Below, in pieces: positions 37,314 to 49,864 of a DNA stretch of 64,000 nucleotides. A program made the position numbers and the translations under genes. The stretch spans positions 372,001 through 436,000 of the forward strand of contig RSEE01000004.1 in the NCBI GenBank assembly GCA_003971905.1. The letters run 5' to 3'. Under the pieces are notes generated by a model that did not search any database, had not been told where the DNA came from, and worked only from the letters and a program-made list of their open reading frames with translations. Each line of letters begins with the position of its first letter. Positions within the stretch are counted from its first letter, which is position 1. This DNA is from Moniliella sp. 'wahieum' (taxonomy: Eukaryota).

Positions 37314-37403
37314 GCTTCAATGGGTTAGTGGTATACATCGTTGCCAGGCTGGCCCGTGCCTGTGAGACGTCGATGTGACAGGGGTTCGATTCCCTTTGAA
37401 GCA
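37314..37403 (+). tRNA. tRNA-Gly(GCC) with 23-nt intron; D-arm and T-stem appear short
   Basis: Acceptor GCTTCAA/TTGAAGC+A; D-loop AGTGGTA; anticodon stem CATCG/CGATG with GCC at 37343-37345; intron 37347-37369; GGTTCGATTCC; T-run downstream. Confidence 0.85.
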
Positions 37404-37809
37404 TTCTTTTTGCCCAACAAGCTGAGCTGCTCTGAGGCCGGGCGGAATCATGAATCAGACCCGGCGGGCCCCAGCCTGCGGCCCCGAGTCTCTCCAGATG
37501 TCTCCCGAGGCTGCAGATGGGGTGAGTGCATCAGGTACTGGCGATAACTTGGGCCTGATGCTGATGGGCTAAGGCTGACCTCAGCGCGCTGAGCCTCACT
37601 CAGCCCAGGGCCTCCGAGGCACACTCGGTCCTCCTTCCGTCGGCGTACTCGAGCAACTAGTAACTAGTGTAACTAGTCACCCGCACTGGGCCGCTGTGCT
37701 GATGCATGATGACGCAAGCAGACACGCACGCTTCCCCCCCACCTCCCACTGCGCATCCCCGCCTCTTTTTACCCCGCCACCACCGCCACCGCCACTGCCA
37801 CCGCCACCC

Positions 37810-38502
37810 ATGTCAGATCCCCCAAGTCGCATCCACACCACCGGCACTCCCTCCCAGGTCCTCACCACCGCCCCTCCTCCCTACGCGGGACCCGTCGGTG
37901 CGCCTGGTGTTGCGGGGGACGCAGGCCCCCGAACCGAGCCGGTCTTCTCACCGCGTTGTGTGGACCGAAGATACAATTGACAATGAAGGCTTAGGCCGCA
38001 AAAAGTCCAAAAGTACGTGGCCCTTCCCCTGCCCTTTGCGTCTGCCATGGCCGAACCATTTGGAAGTGCGAGACTGACCACACCGCCCATCCCCCTTCCA
38101 GTCTGCTGCATCTACCACAAACCACGCAACTTTGATGAATCTTCCTCCGAGTCCGGCTCGGACTCATCCGACAGTTCCGACTCGGATTCCGACTCGGACC
38201 AATCCGACTCGTCAGCTTCCTCAGCCGGTGCGGCTGCCGATGCGCGAAGGAGGTTAAAGGGAAAGGGTCGTGGCGGCGACTCCGCTGGTCATACGCATGG
38301 CCCCGATCACAACCACAGCCACGACCAGGCGTGTGCAAGTTCGGACCCAGACCACCCATCTTCCCATTCCCACAAACCCAAGAAATCTAAGGCCCGTCGC
38401 AATGGCGGCGCGGGCACCATGACCATCACGCGCACCGAGACACAAGAGGAAGAACAGGAGCAACGACGACTCGCAACCGTTTCGCAAACCGAACAAGTAT
38501 GA
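37810..38502 (+). CDS. YPI1: Type 1 phosphatase regulator Ypi1 / inhibitor-3
   Basis: RVVWTEDTIDNEGLGRKKSK|ICCIYHKPRNFDESSSES signature across intron 38013-38101. Confidence 0.93.
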
Positions 38503-39647
38503 GCGGCCGTAAGGACGGGTGCGTTCCACGCCCTCTATGCGTGCGCATTGCATACTTTCCTTCCCCGCCTGCATGCTTATCTTTGACTCTCGCGTTCCCT
38601 CTTCAAGAAGAGGTGTGGGGGGAGCATGCTCGTTAATTCACGTACTCCTTCGCTTTTCGTACTCCTTCACAGTGTGAAAGCATCTTTCATGCGAAGGTGA
38701 ATGTGTTCCGCCACGTCGCAACCTTTGACCGTTCTCATTCATCACGCCATTCATTGTGCTTGCCAATACCTGTAGTCGGTGGTGTTCCTTTGTGACTTGT
38801 TACAGACTATGTTGGCCTTTGTGGTGAGGTTCGAGCTCCAATGGTCTGCATCTCACATATAGACTACCGTTTTCAAGGCTCTGTACGCACCGCCCATCTG
38901 CTTTCACTGTCGCACCCGAGCATGGAGATGAAGCCGCAAACCACTGCCCGTAGATCAGCCCCCGCAAATTTGGCTGATTCACTCGAATTTTGGGACCTCT
39001 GGCGCTGCATATGGACAAGGAAGAGAGGAAGTATCGACCACGCGTTGACCCTTAGTTCGCAGCATACTACAACTGCCTTCCCGTAGATCAACAGTTAGGT
39101 CATCACGCCTCTCGACGCCCTCGGCCCCTATGTTTAGTCGAGTTTGTCACCTGGCGGATGGCTTCATTCGGCTGGCACCTGAACAAAGATACTATTATAG
39201 TTTGCCCAGTATCGCTACGCCGGCACCCAGCTGTCCTCAATCTCAAGAACACAACTTGCGCAGGAAGTTCGCCTGGGTCAAAGCGTTGTGTCAGTTGTTC
39301 GCTGTTCTACCAGGGCGCATGTCACCCTCCAAGACTGCCTGCTTTTTGAACTTCAGTGCAGTATCCAGTGAAAATAAGATTGGGGAAAGGGAGTACGATC
39401 TTTACCTTCCGTGCACTCATCTCACCCCATACGAAAGCCCTCATCCCTCCGGGCCTGGCCTTCCCCCACCAGAACCACATGCTTCCCAGCACTAAATGGG
39501 GGTTGCGAGCATGTTCTCTGGCACCTTGTAGGTTCACCTGCTGGGAACCTGTCCGCTGATAATGTTTGTTGAGTCGAGGTGGTATGCAGCTGCCGAAGCA
39601 AAATGGAACGAGTTGCTTGAAATGGGACGGGAGACTGGACAAGCGGA

Positions 39648-40329
39648 TCATTCGGTGGCTGGTATTGGGGTTGTTTGAAGTGCGGTACCGAACCATTGGA
39701 GAGGAAGTAGCTGCAAACAGGGGATGGTGTGAGTAACCAACTAATGAATCGCACATATCAGGAGGCCGACCCACCCTAGCTACTACACGTCCCCGCACGA
39801 GCCCCATGGGTACCGGGCCATAGTGCCGCGAGTCAGTCGAGTTGTTGATATTGTCGCCGGCGAGCCAGACATGGCCGCGAGGAACGGTGACCATGGGCGA
39901 TTGCTCGTCACGCGGGTCGGACTGGAGCGTGTCTCCTGGCAGGCCCAGCACGCGCTTGCACACGGCCCGGGCTGGGTTGGTAGGCGAGATGGCGACGACT
40001 AGCTCGCCCAGTTCGAGGTCAAGGGTGTTGCGGACTTTTCGAGCGTACGCTTGGCGTGCCAACTCTGCCGCGTCCGGCTCGCTCGAGCTAACCATGGCAA
40101 CGAGGGCGCGGTACTGCTCACGAAGACTGCGGAGGGCGTTGTACACGGGGAACTTGACGCACACCACCATCTCGCCCGAGGGCGACATGGTGGGCACCAT
40201 GCTGCTGCCAACCGTGATGCGGGCGTCGGCAATGTGGGTGGTGAAGAGGTGGGCAGCGGCCATGAGCTGGACGGCTGCCACCGACACGTGGCCGGCTGTG
40301 CGGAGGAAGCTGGCGGAGAGGACGGCCAT
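39648..40329 (-). CDS. IMP1: Mitochondrial inner membrane peptidase subunit 1 (S26)
   Basis: GSSMVPT (Ser), VCKRVLGLPGD (Lys), VPRGHVWLAGDNINNSTDSRHYGPVPMGLVRGRV. Intron 39774-39711. Confidence 0.9.
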
Positions 40330-40594
40330 GGCGGGGGGGGGATGGGGGCGCGACGGACAGCAGGGGAGACGCGGGATGGGCGGCACGTGAGAGGCAGCGG
40401 CTGGCGTCCCAACCAGCGCCAGCGGTTGATGATTGATGATTGCTCCGAGCACTGCCAAGTGGCGCGGCAGCGGAACTGCGGCCGGCAACATTGAAACCAA
40501 GAAGTTTTAATTAGCAGCAGACAATTTTGCTGGCCACCACCACCACCATCCCCCCCGGCCCCGTCGCAGCCAGAGGCGAGCCAGGCCGAGCGAG

Positions 40595-43500
40595 ATGCTG
40601 CCTCTCCGCCTGCGCCTGTTCCGGCCAGGCGGGAGGAGTCCCCTCCGCCCACAGTCTGCTGCCATGTCTGTCCGCACACTCGCCGCCAGCAGCCGTCTGC
40701 CTGCCTCGGCCACGCAGCAGCAGCGGCAGCAGCAGCTGGCCCCGCAACCGCCTGTGTCCGCGTCGTCTCCACCGCCTTCCTCCCCATCCCCTTCTCGCAT
40801 TCCCATGTCTGCATCGGGAACGCCAGGCGACGCTCCGCCTTCTGTGAGTGTTCAATGCCCATTTCTCTGTGTCTGTGTAGCCACATTCATTAACAAGCCC
40901 CCGCCCCAGTCCTACGTCTTACATCGTCCTATCACTCGCCGCCCGCCTATGGGTCCCCAAGCACCTCTGGGGCCCCGAAAAACCAACAAACCCCGCCCCT
41001 TTATCAGCCACAAATTCTTAGACCGCCAAAGTACAAGCTGCGAGCCCTTCTTCCTCCACGCGGCACCGCAGTGCCTTCACTCGAATCGCCGTCCAAGTCG
41101 GTTGCTCATGAAAGCAGCGAGTCGGACGAGGGCCCCAGCCGTACTACCCGGAAATGGGAGCTATATGACCTCAGTTTTCATACCCGGCAATTAGTTATCC
41201 GCAGCAAGATTGAGCGTCTAAAGCCGCAGGACGTTTTGGACGCCCTGTGTGGCCCTGGGCACCTAGGTGATATGTCACGCCTGGATCTGTACATTCTTCT
41301 TCGCATATATGCTTCCAACGGTTCGATCAACCTTTCGGGTGTTGACATTGAGGTGTGGCAAAATGTGCTTCGTGAGATTGTTGCAGGAAACAACCTCAAC
41401 CTCCTCAAGCTCTTCTTGTGCGACATTGACTCATCGTCCGCCGCCTGGCTGTTTGAGAACAACCAGGGTCTTTCCTCCTGGGAGTTAATCGACAAGGTGC
41501 GCCTGATGCGGAAAAAACATCGCCCACAAACCCCAATTCCCACTTTGACCACCCTCGATCTTCTCCGGCCACTTCACATCCAAGGTGGTCACTTTGGAGC
41601 ACAGCCTGATTCGGATGCGTATATGACGCTACTCGGTTTTGTCGTTCGTGAAGCGGTCATGCCATCGCAGCACTCTGAATCCGAAGGACCAAAAACTCTT
41701 CACCCCCAACTTGGTAGCCCAGGTTCTTCGCATGTTGATCAAAGTTGATCGGATTCAAGCGGGACTCACCCGAAGAGGTGCCCCATTCCATCCCTCGAGC
41801 CGTGGCTTCTCTTCCCCCAGTACCGATGCGGCGACTCTTTAATCTCTTGATCCGTTCCGACGAACGGATGTCGACCTATTTTACCTCGTCGATGGTCTTC
41901 GTCGGAAATTAGGTACTTTATTTCCCTCTGGGAATAGGAGGACACCCACGTTCCCTTCCCTGCAGGAAGGTACCGACTTGCTACTATACTACATGAACCC
42001 GGCCGTCTTCCTTCGAGCATCGCATCATGCACGGGTCCTTGAACACGAGGCGGAGCAACCCGAATCTGTGGACACTCTCGATACCGAAAAGCGACGACCG
42101 CGGGCCAAGCCTCCTCAGAAAGTGCCTGAATCTGACTCTCTGTCCCAATCGCTCGAGAACCAACGGCAAATCCAGATGGTTGGCTCAGTGCTGAAAGTGT
42201 TCCGGAACGTTCTCGCTACTGGTGCCACTGATCATGTGTCCCAAGATGAGCGATAAGATCATGGACCAGGCCTCGGCCGATGCCGATGCGTTGGTTCCCT
42301 GGTTGCGCATCGAAGTTGTGCGCAAACTTTCGGACCGCGTTCGGGCACCACGGACCCACCCTAGATCAGATGGAGACCATCAAGTTCCGTCTGATGGTGC
42401 GCTGTGCCTGCTTGCGTCTTCTTCTCTGCACTGAGGACTCTGAAGCTTCGACTCGCAATCTACTTTTGCTAGCGGACGATCTGTTCTGGATGCGGCGGAC
42501 GTTGGAGAAGATTGTTACCCCTTTGCCCGGGGATCCTCCTGGTCCACCCCAGGAGGAAGTGGACGCATACGAGCACCTGCTGGCTGAAGTTCTTCCGCAA
42601 CAGATTGCTCTCCTCGCCAAACATCCAACTCCTCCAGCTGCAAAACTTCATGGCCGCGCTGGATTGGATCCCACGCACATTTACCTTATTCCCACCGAGT
42701 TTGCTCACGCCTTGCTCCGCTCCTTGCTCAACGCTGGCCACGCTGAGGCTGCCGCAAGGTTCGTCGCGGCCTGGACGGGTCTCAATGCGCGAGGGGAATA
42801 TGAGCCTGACAGAGACTCGTACGCGGTAGACTTGGCGCAGAAGTCTCTGCCCGAAGATGACGCTGTTAACCTAATCCGGGCGGCCAATACGACTCTGAAT
42901 GTCAGTATGACACGCAAGCTTGCCAACCCTTCCGATTGGCACGATATCCCGGTCGCCGGTCGTTCGACTTGCTTCTGACCCATCTTGGTTTGTATAAACT
43001 TAAATGGTCCCACGTCCGGGGCCGGACGTGGTCCATCCACGCCATCGAGACGATGGCCAGCTTTACTGCCGCTGAGAACGCGCTTGCTCTCGCCAACACG
43101 GAGGCGCGGCGGCGGTCGAATCCTCACACGGAATTGGTCGAGCGCATGTACCGCATGTACCTGAACAAGACCTTTGGCCGGTCATGTGTGCCAGAAGAGC
43201 TGTCTTCCTCGATTCCGACCGACGACCTGGTCAGCCTGTTCAACACGGCCCTATTGCTACGGGAATATGACGATGTGTTTCAATGCGCCGAGCATCTGCG
43301 CCAGCGCAACGTCCCATTGCCTACCAACTCGATTGCTTTAATTTTCCAGGACTTTGCCCGGTCGAGCCCAGATGATGCGAGCGAGGCCGTGTCGCTTCTG
43401 GCGCAAGGAAAAACACTCCGGCTCTCCCAACTACTGCCAGGCTTGACCGACATTCTCCCACCCCGTATCTCCACTGTAGCTGCGGCCAACATTGTGGAAA

Positions 43501-44663
43501 ATGTCTTCCACACCCTTTGGGCCCGGCGGTACTATGCGGCGGCTTCAAATCTGGCCGAGGAGGCAGCCAAAGTGCAACTGGGCATCGAGCTGGGCGCGCA
43601 TCCGTATGCGCTGATGACCATAGCAAGGTCGATGCCTGCGCGCCAGTTTGCCCACTTTGCTCGCTACCATCTCGATGAGGGCGACGTGGAGTACTTTGCC
43701 GGTGTGCTGATCCACATCTCGCGCTGGTGGGCACGAGGCCAGTCGATCCAATCCATTCTCAAAAGCACCCGTGCTGGCGCGTCCGAGTGGGGCGCCTTCT
43801 TCCTCGCGTACCCATGGCGCGAGCTCGTTGGTCCTACCTACTGGATCACCAAGCTTCTCCCTGCCATCTCCCTCTTCCGTACCGTCTTTATCTCAGGCCA
43901 AACCGTCGAGTACCGCAACTGCGCTCTGCTCGTCAAGCGCATCCGCCAAATGGCCGACATGGCCCAAAGCAGAGAGGAACGGGACTTTTGGAGCCTTCAA
44001 CTGTGGAAGGTGATGGGTGCATTGCTGCTGGCCCGACGCGGCGTGCCGTACATGCCACTTGATTTCCATGCTTGGCAAATTCCGTACCTCGATGCTCACA
44101 AGCTGCAGAGCATGGCCTCCGACCATCTCTCGCCTGCCGAGGCCGGGGTTGATCGCGTGATTGACGATGCGAATCGGGAGGTGGTGCAGACGGGCGCGTC
44201 GCTGCATACCTCTGGCTCCTCTGCCGTTTCGGCCACCTCGGTGGCGCTCTCGTCGTCCCAATGGCGCTCCCACAAGCACGGTCAGGAGTTGCAGAGCCTG
44301 GCCGCGTTCCAACTGCCCATCCCGCCGCGGCCCTTGTCGCCCACGATGGAGCAAGGCCTAGGACCGGTGTACCAGGGCAGCTTTGTCGGGCCCTTCCGCG
44401 CGCCCTTTGTCATCCTCTCCCACGCGGCCCAAGGGTTTGGCACGCTGGGCGCCTACGAACGGATGCAGCGCACCCTCAATGTCATCCACTCGTACGGTCT
44501 CGACCCAGTCAAAACCGAAGCACGTGCCAACGCGCTGTACCAGCAATCGCGCAAGGGCGTGCCGCGCTGGGACCAAAACGAGCGCAAGCTCCACCACATC
44601 TTTCCCCGCTACTCTGGGACGCTACCGGCGCAGTCGGACGAGCCACCTTCGTCGGGGCCCTGA
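40595..44663 (+). CDS. Large helical protein, probably mitochondrial, possibly degenerate PPR-type
   Basis: Arg/Ser/Leu-rich N-terminus lacking acidic residues (MLPLRLRLFRPGGRSPLRPQS); intron ~40844-40909; successive long + ORFs ending in a 575-aa ORF; PPR-like fragments (QPDSDAYMTLL; LFNTALLLREYDDVFQCAEHLRQRNVPLP). Confidence 0.55.
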
Positions 44664-44959
44664 CCGCTTCACCTCCCTTCACCCTACTTCTGCATGCATG
44701 CTTCCCCTTCTCGCCTCCTCAAGCGTGCTTGGTCATAGTCCTCGCCCTACTCTCCTAGCCATGGTAACAGCGAAAGGGGCAAGCACCCTATGCAGTAGGA
44801 GCGTAAAACGGCACCTGCCATTCATTGGCGCGCGAGCCGTGAGCATTGTAGACCCCCCCGCCCCCGCTGCCTATCACATCCACTGGCAAGGCCCCCCGTC
44901 CCTGTCCCCCTATCTCCTTTCCACCTCGCATAGACCATGGGATCATCGATAATACAAGC

Positions 44960-47900
44960 CTAGTTCTGCAGAAAGCTCTCGAGCGAAGTCGCAAACCAAG
45001 AATCAAAGCCGGGCGATCCAACGCCGGCGTTGGACGCAAAGCTAGCCCGGCGCGAGGAGGGCGTAAACGGATCAAAAGGACCGGCGGCCGCGACGGCGGC
45101 CCGCGATGGTGTCATGGGCGTCTCTTGTCGTGCGGCAGCGGCGTGCTGACTGGTGAGCCGGTCCCACCGCCCACCAGGCCAAATACCGAGCCCATCGATC
45201 CGATCGACCCGACGGACAAACGCCGTGCCCGCTCCTCTGGGTTCGGCGGATCCGTGGATTCGGCCCGGGTCGCCCCAGGCGCCGGAGAAGGAAGGAGGGT
45301 GCCGGTCAAGACCGGCGCCCCGCCCGCATAGCGCGACCAATAACTCTCTTGTTCCATCGGGTCGTGATCCGGCTCAGATGTCTCGACCGGGGCAGAAGTC
45401 GGGTCGGTAGGGCCGACGGGAGCGGCAGAGTTGATTCCGTCTTGAGACAGGACCCAAGCCCAAAAGGAATTGAGGCCTGTCCCCTGGTCCGTGGAAGGAG
45501 CAGCCGGAACGGTAGGGTCGGTAGGCGCAGGAGGGGAAGGAGCGGGTCAGCTGCAGGAACAGTTGAGGTCGGTACGGGCAATGGGATGGGGTCCAACGCC
45601 ATATCCTCTTTGCCCTTAGATGGCGCATTGGACACGCTTTCAAACGACGAGATGGGGCTTGTATTGGACCCGCTCGAGTACGAAGCGAGGAAAGAGGGCA
45701 AATCGAACATGCCATCGCTCTGCCCTGTCGGAAGTGTTCCATTGGGTGCTACAGGGGGTGGGTCGACGTGAGGTGGGCCAAGGAGGTAAGGGAAGTCCCC
45801 CGCTGGTGGGAGTCCGGCAGCTGGAGCTGTCGAGCCATGGACCGACCCCGGTGCCGTTTCGCTCGGAGCACGGGGCGGGGAGGCTGGAGCAGGGCGGGGC
45901 GCATGGTCGTTCTCCACCGCATGCTTGATCTTGACAGCAAGAGAGTACATTGCTTGGACTCGTATGAGACGTCGAAGATGAAGTTGGGTTAGTAGTGCGC
46001 TGTATCCATTGGGTTTCTTCTTCCTCCAACATGGCTTGAAGGATACGGATGGAGCGGGTCACATAGGGTGCAGTGTGCCGTATCGCAGAGAGCGAATCGA
46101 CAGCTTCAGCCACTTCGCTGCGAACCCGTAACCGGTCAGCCTCCGATGGGACAGTCGATAGCAAGTCAAGCATGAGCACAACCGCAGCATTGAACGATTG
46201 GATGAGGATGAACCAAAGGCGATCGACAATGGTCTGAGACTCCCGTAGCTTCTTCTGCATATCCAAGATGGAGCGAGCGAGCAGCACGCACGAGTTTCGA
46301 CTCGCCACATGGGTGAATAGGGTGACGCGATGGAGACGCAAGAGCTTGCTAAACACGGCTTGATGGAGCAGCCATCGTTGGACTTCCATGTCTCCCTGCC
46401 CCCTCCTGGCACCAACACTGAAACTTAGGGCTGTGTCAAGAATGGAGCGGTAGGAGGCATCAAGGTAGCGCGTATCTTGGCACGCAAGTCGCCGCCGGCT
46501 CCCGTCTCGAGACATTTCCATATCATGCTGGTTACGCAAGTCGGTGTCTTCCCGCACAGCAGCAGCAATCATGAGCTTGGATAAAACGAAACTCATCTCG
46601 GTGTGTTCGTCCATGCATGGGGCGGAGGAAGCGTATCTTGACACAGGTCCAAATCATTGTAGTTGCCTGGATAGGGTGTGTTGAACTCGCCCAGGTGGAT
46701 ACTGTAGGCCCCCGTATTCTCGCTTGCGCACCAGTCTCGCCAGACAAGTGTCCACCAGATTCGACGATACACTTCACGGAGAATGGTTGTGCCTCTAGGC
46801 TCCCCCGGTTGAGGGAGACGATGGGCATCACCGAGGCGGTGGAGCCCCATAGCTTGAGCATTGGCAATGGCAATATGCAGCAGTGTCGATTGTGTTTGGT
46901 CGGACTCGGCCGAGTATAGCTCAGAAAGGAGGATTGCTTGAAGAACCGACAGCGACCGGGAGGACATGTAACCTGCCAACACCAGAACCGATCGATACGC
47001 GCTGTACCAGAGGTGGATCGTGCGGCCATCAAAGAGGTAGTCAATGTCGGCATACTCCGCGGGCGGGCGGGCTGGATAAAACTGAAGCCCCAATACGAGC
47101 ACTGTGAGCAACAAAGCCAGCCAGCCCGGGTCAACGTGGTTGAGTACCTTGGCTTGCTCTTCGACAGAGGGGAACTCATAGAAACGTTCGATCTCCCCAA
47201 TGAGAGAAGGAACATGCACCACATGGCCCGTAAGGTAGTAGACACGAGTGCGATATACATCGACCAATTGTAATGTCACGTCTTTGGGTGGCAACGTACG
47301 GATGATCCCACGCAAGACCGCCTCTCTTTCAGGTGCGCCTGGACAGCCAAACCCATTCCCGATCGAATGGAACTCACCAGCTGCTTCAGCCGCACCAAAC
47401 GCCCAGCCAGCCCCCAGCCCAGAAGCGTATCAGGACCCTGCTTGAGCCGGAAAAGACCAGTGTTGGAGCAGGCGATCCTGCAGGACGTAGTGTACGATCC
47501 ACACACACGCTCATTGGCTGGGGTTCCTTCACTTGCATGGGCCGCCTCGGGCATGTTTGTATCCTCAGCCTTGTCTGCAGACTCACTTGGTCATGCGGAC
47601 GTTTCTGCGCTTCCAGACAGGGGCCGAAAGAATCAATCCGTCGAGGATCAAGAATGTCGGTTCGAGCCACCTCGTCCTTGGGTTCCTCATCATTTGCCGG
47701 GCAATTTGTTTCGGCCTGAAGGGAGAGGAGGGCGAGCCAGAGGCACGATCGACATTCTCACCACCGTTCATCGGGTGCTGGCAGACATGCGGCCACTGAG
47801 CGAGATCCCAAGTCAGGCCGAGTTTGCTTGGAACCCTCATGGCCAATCCCTCAAGCACCGCCGCAGCATCTTCCGCTTCGGTGCCAATGTCGAGGTGGAT

Positions 47901-49335
47901 CGCGCCGTTGGGCATGGTCACAAACGGCACTTCCTCATTGTTAGTGCGGACCGTTGACTTGGCTGGCGGCGGCATTTGCGGGGAAAGGATAGCCTGGGGC
48001 ACACTGAGGGCTGAGTCGTCGGTATCAGGGGTCTGAGCGAAGAGGTGGTGCGACAAGGCAGTCGAAACAGGTTGCGTACCACCGCGAAGCGTTTTCATTT
48101 CATCCCGCGTTGAGGTCAGATCGGAGACATCGTACACTGCCCCGACTCGGCGGTGTCAGATATCGTAGACATCCGGTGGGATCGCTGAAAAATTGAAGGA
48201 GACCAGCCACGAGAGCCTGGGGCGGGGGTAGCGGTCGAGGCAGGCCCAGCTGTCGTAGTGGCGGGAGCAGAAGTGGAACAGTATCGGACGTAGCAACTTG
48301 AGTACGAGTACGACCATGATCAGGACCAGAACCACGACCACCACGACCACCGCGACCACCACCACGACCAGTACCAGGACCAGGAGGAGCGGAAGTAGGA
48401 GTAGCAGTGGGGGGCACTCCCTGTCCGGGGGCAAGCTGCAACAGATGTGTTCCAAGTGAGCCAGGCGGGCCTTGACAATAGACAGCTCGTTTGCAGGGTC
48501 CGCAGCCGAGGAAGACGGAGGGGCGGCGATGGCGGCGGCTGAAATCGCAGGCATGGGGTAGATGTCGATACAGCCATGGGTACAGGAGGTGGGATGGAAC
48601 CGTTGAGAGCAGTCAACCCAGAATGAGGCGCAGCGGATGATGGTGTTGTAGAGGTGGCCAGGTGGGTCTGGTGGGACGGTACAGAGGCCAAGGTAGAACC
48701 AGATGCGGAGCGCGACCCGGGACCGGAGAGCCAATTCGGCGTGGCGGGGAAAGCGGGGTGTGGCAAAGAAGCAGCATCGCCCGACGACGAGCCGCCCACG
48801 GACGAGGAACCAGAGGATGAGGGCCGGGGTTGGCGAGAGCCGGTTGGCAACCTGGAAGTGTCAGAAGCAGCACGAGGAGCGGAGGGAGCAGATGAGGCAC
48901 CGCCCAGGGCCGCAGCAGCGTCCAACGCAGAGGTGGAAGCCAAGGGGTAGTACTAGCGCCGGCAGCCTTGTACTTGAATGGTTCAACGCGGCAAAAAGCA
49001 GACTCGCCACGCTTGATGCATTGGTCGCAGGGCACGGAGCGAGAACACTTGATCTTGCGCTCGCTTGACAGACGACAGGAGTCAGCACTGGGGCCGCATA
49101 CAACAGCGGGTGACGCGGATGGCCGGGCACAGGCAGGGAGGCATGGATGAAAGAGGGGGCACAGCACATACCGACAGTGGGTGCAGCTCAAGGTCAGACG
49201 GTTGCGCTTCTTGGGAGGCAGGCGGCCATCGCGGTCGTTCGGACGAGCACGGTGGGAGGAGGGGGAAGCAGCGGCGGCGGCGGCGGAAGTGGCGGCAGCG
49301 GCCGGAGGCGACGGCGCGGCGTGTGGGGGCGACAT
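44960..49335 (-). CDS. Zn(II)2Cys6 transcription factor with fungal middle-homology region
   Basis: KKRNRLTLSCTHCR|ERKIKCSRSVPCDQCIKRGESAFC (intron ~49171-49064, AAG acceptor); coiled-coil ELSIVKARLAHLE; MHR motifs AIANAQAMGLHRLG and REVYRRIWWTLVWRDW. Confidence 0.92.
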
Positions 49336-49371
49336 GTCGACGGCAGCCTGGGTGGTGGGAATGCTAGGGTA

Positions 49372-49490
49372 CGATGCTGGGCCGACGCTGAGCACGACGC
49401 TGAGCACGACGCTAAGCACGACGCTGAGCACGACGCTGGGCACGACTGGGCACGACGCTGGGCACGACGCTGGGCAAGATGCTGGGCAAG
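49372..49490. repeat. Degenerate 12-nt tandem repeat just upstream of the TF ATG
   Basis: CTGAGCACGACG-type units x4 grading into CTGGGCACGACG and CTGGGCAAGATG units. Confidence 0.9.
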
Positions 49491-49864
49491 AGGAATTTTG
49501 TCGGGAGCAGCCACGGCGAACCCCAAACGAGCGCTCGTGCCCATCGTCAATAGCCGCGGCCAAGCTTTCAAATAGCTAGCTTACCGTTTAGTTAAACGTT
49601 AAATGGCCCCCCGCCAAACGCGCCTACGTCACCGATGGTACCTAAGCAGCCTGACCAGTGATCACCGCCACCTTCGCCCCCAGCGCCCCGCGCTTTCCGC
49701 CCTGCTTCGCCCCCGCGCTACAGCCGCGGGGATGGCAGCCATCGGAACGGGAACCGCCGGACCACCATCCCCCAACTACCCCCGCTCTGCATCGCTCGCT
49801 GATCCGTCTGGGCGCGCATTCCATTTTTCATATTGGGTCCCTTTCCAATGAGACGCATTTGCCT

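Noticed and set aside
49372..49490. CRISPR-like array
   Set aside because: Contiguous 12-nt units without unique spacers, in a eukaryotic context with no cas genes.
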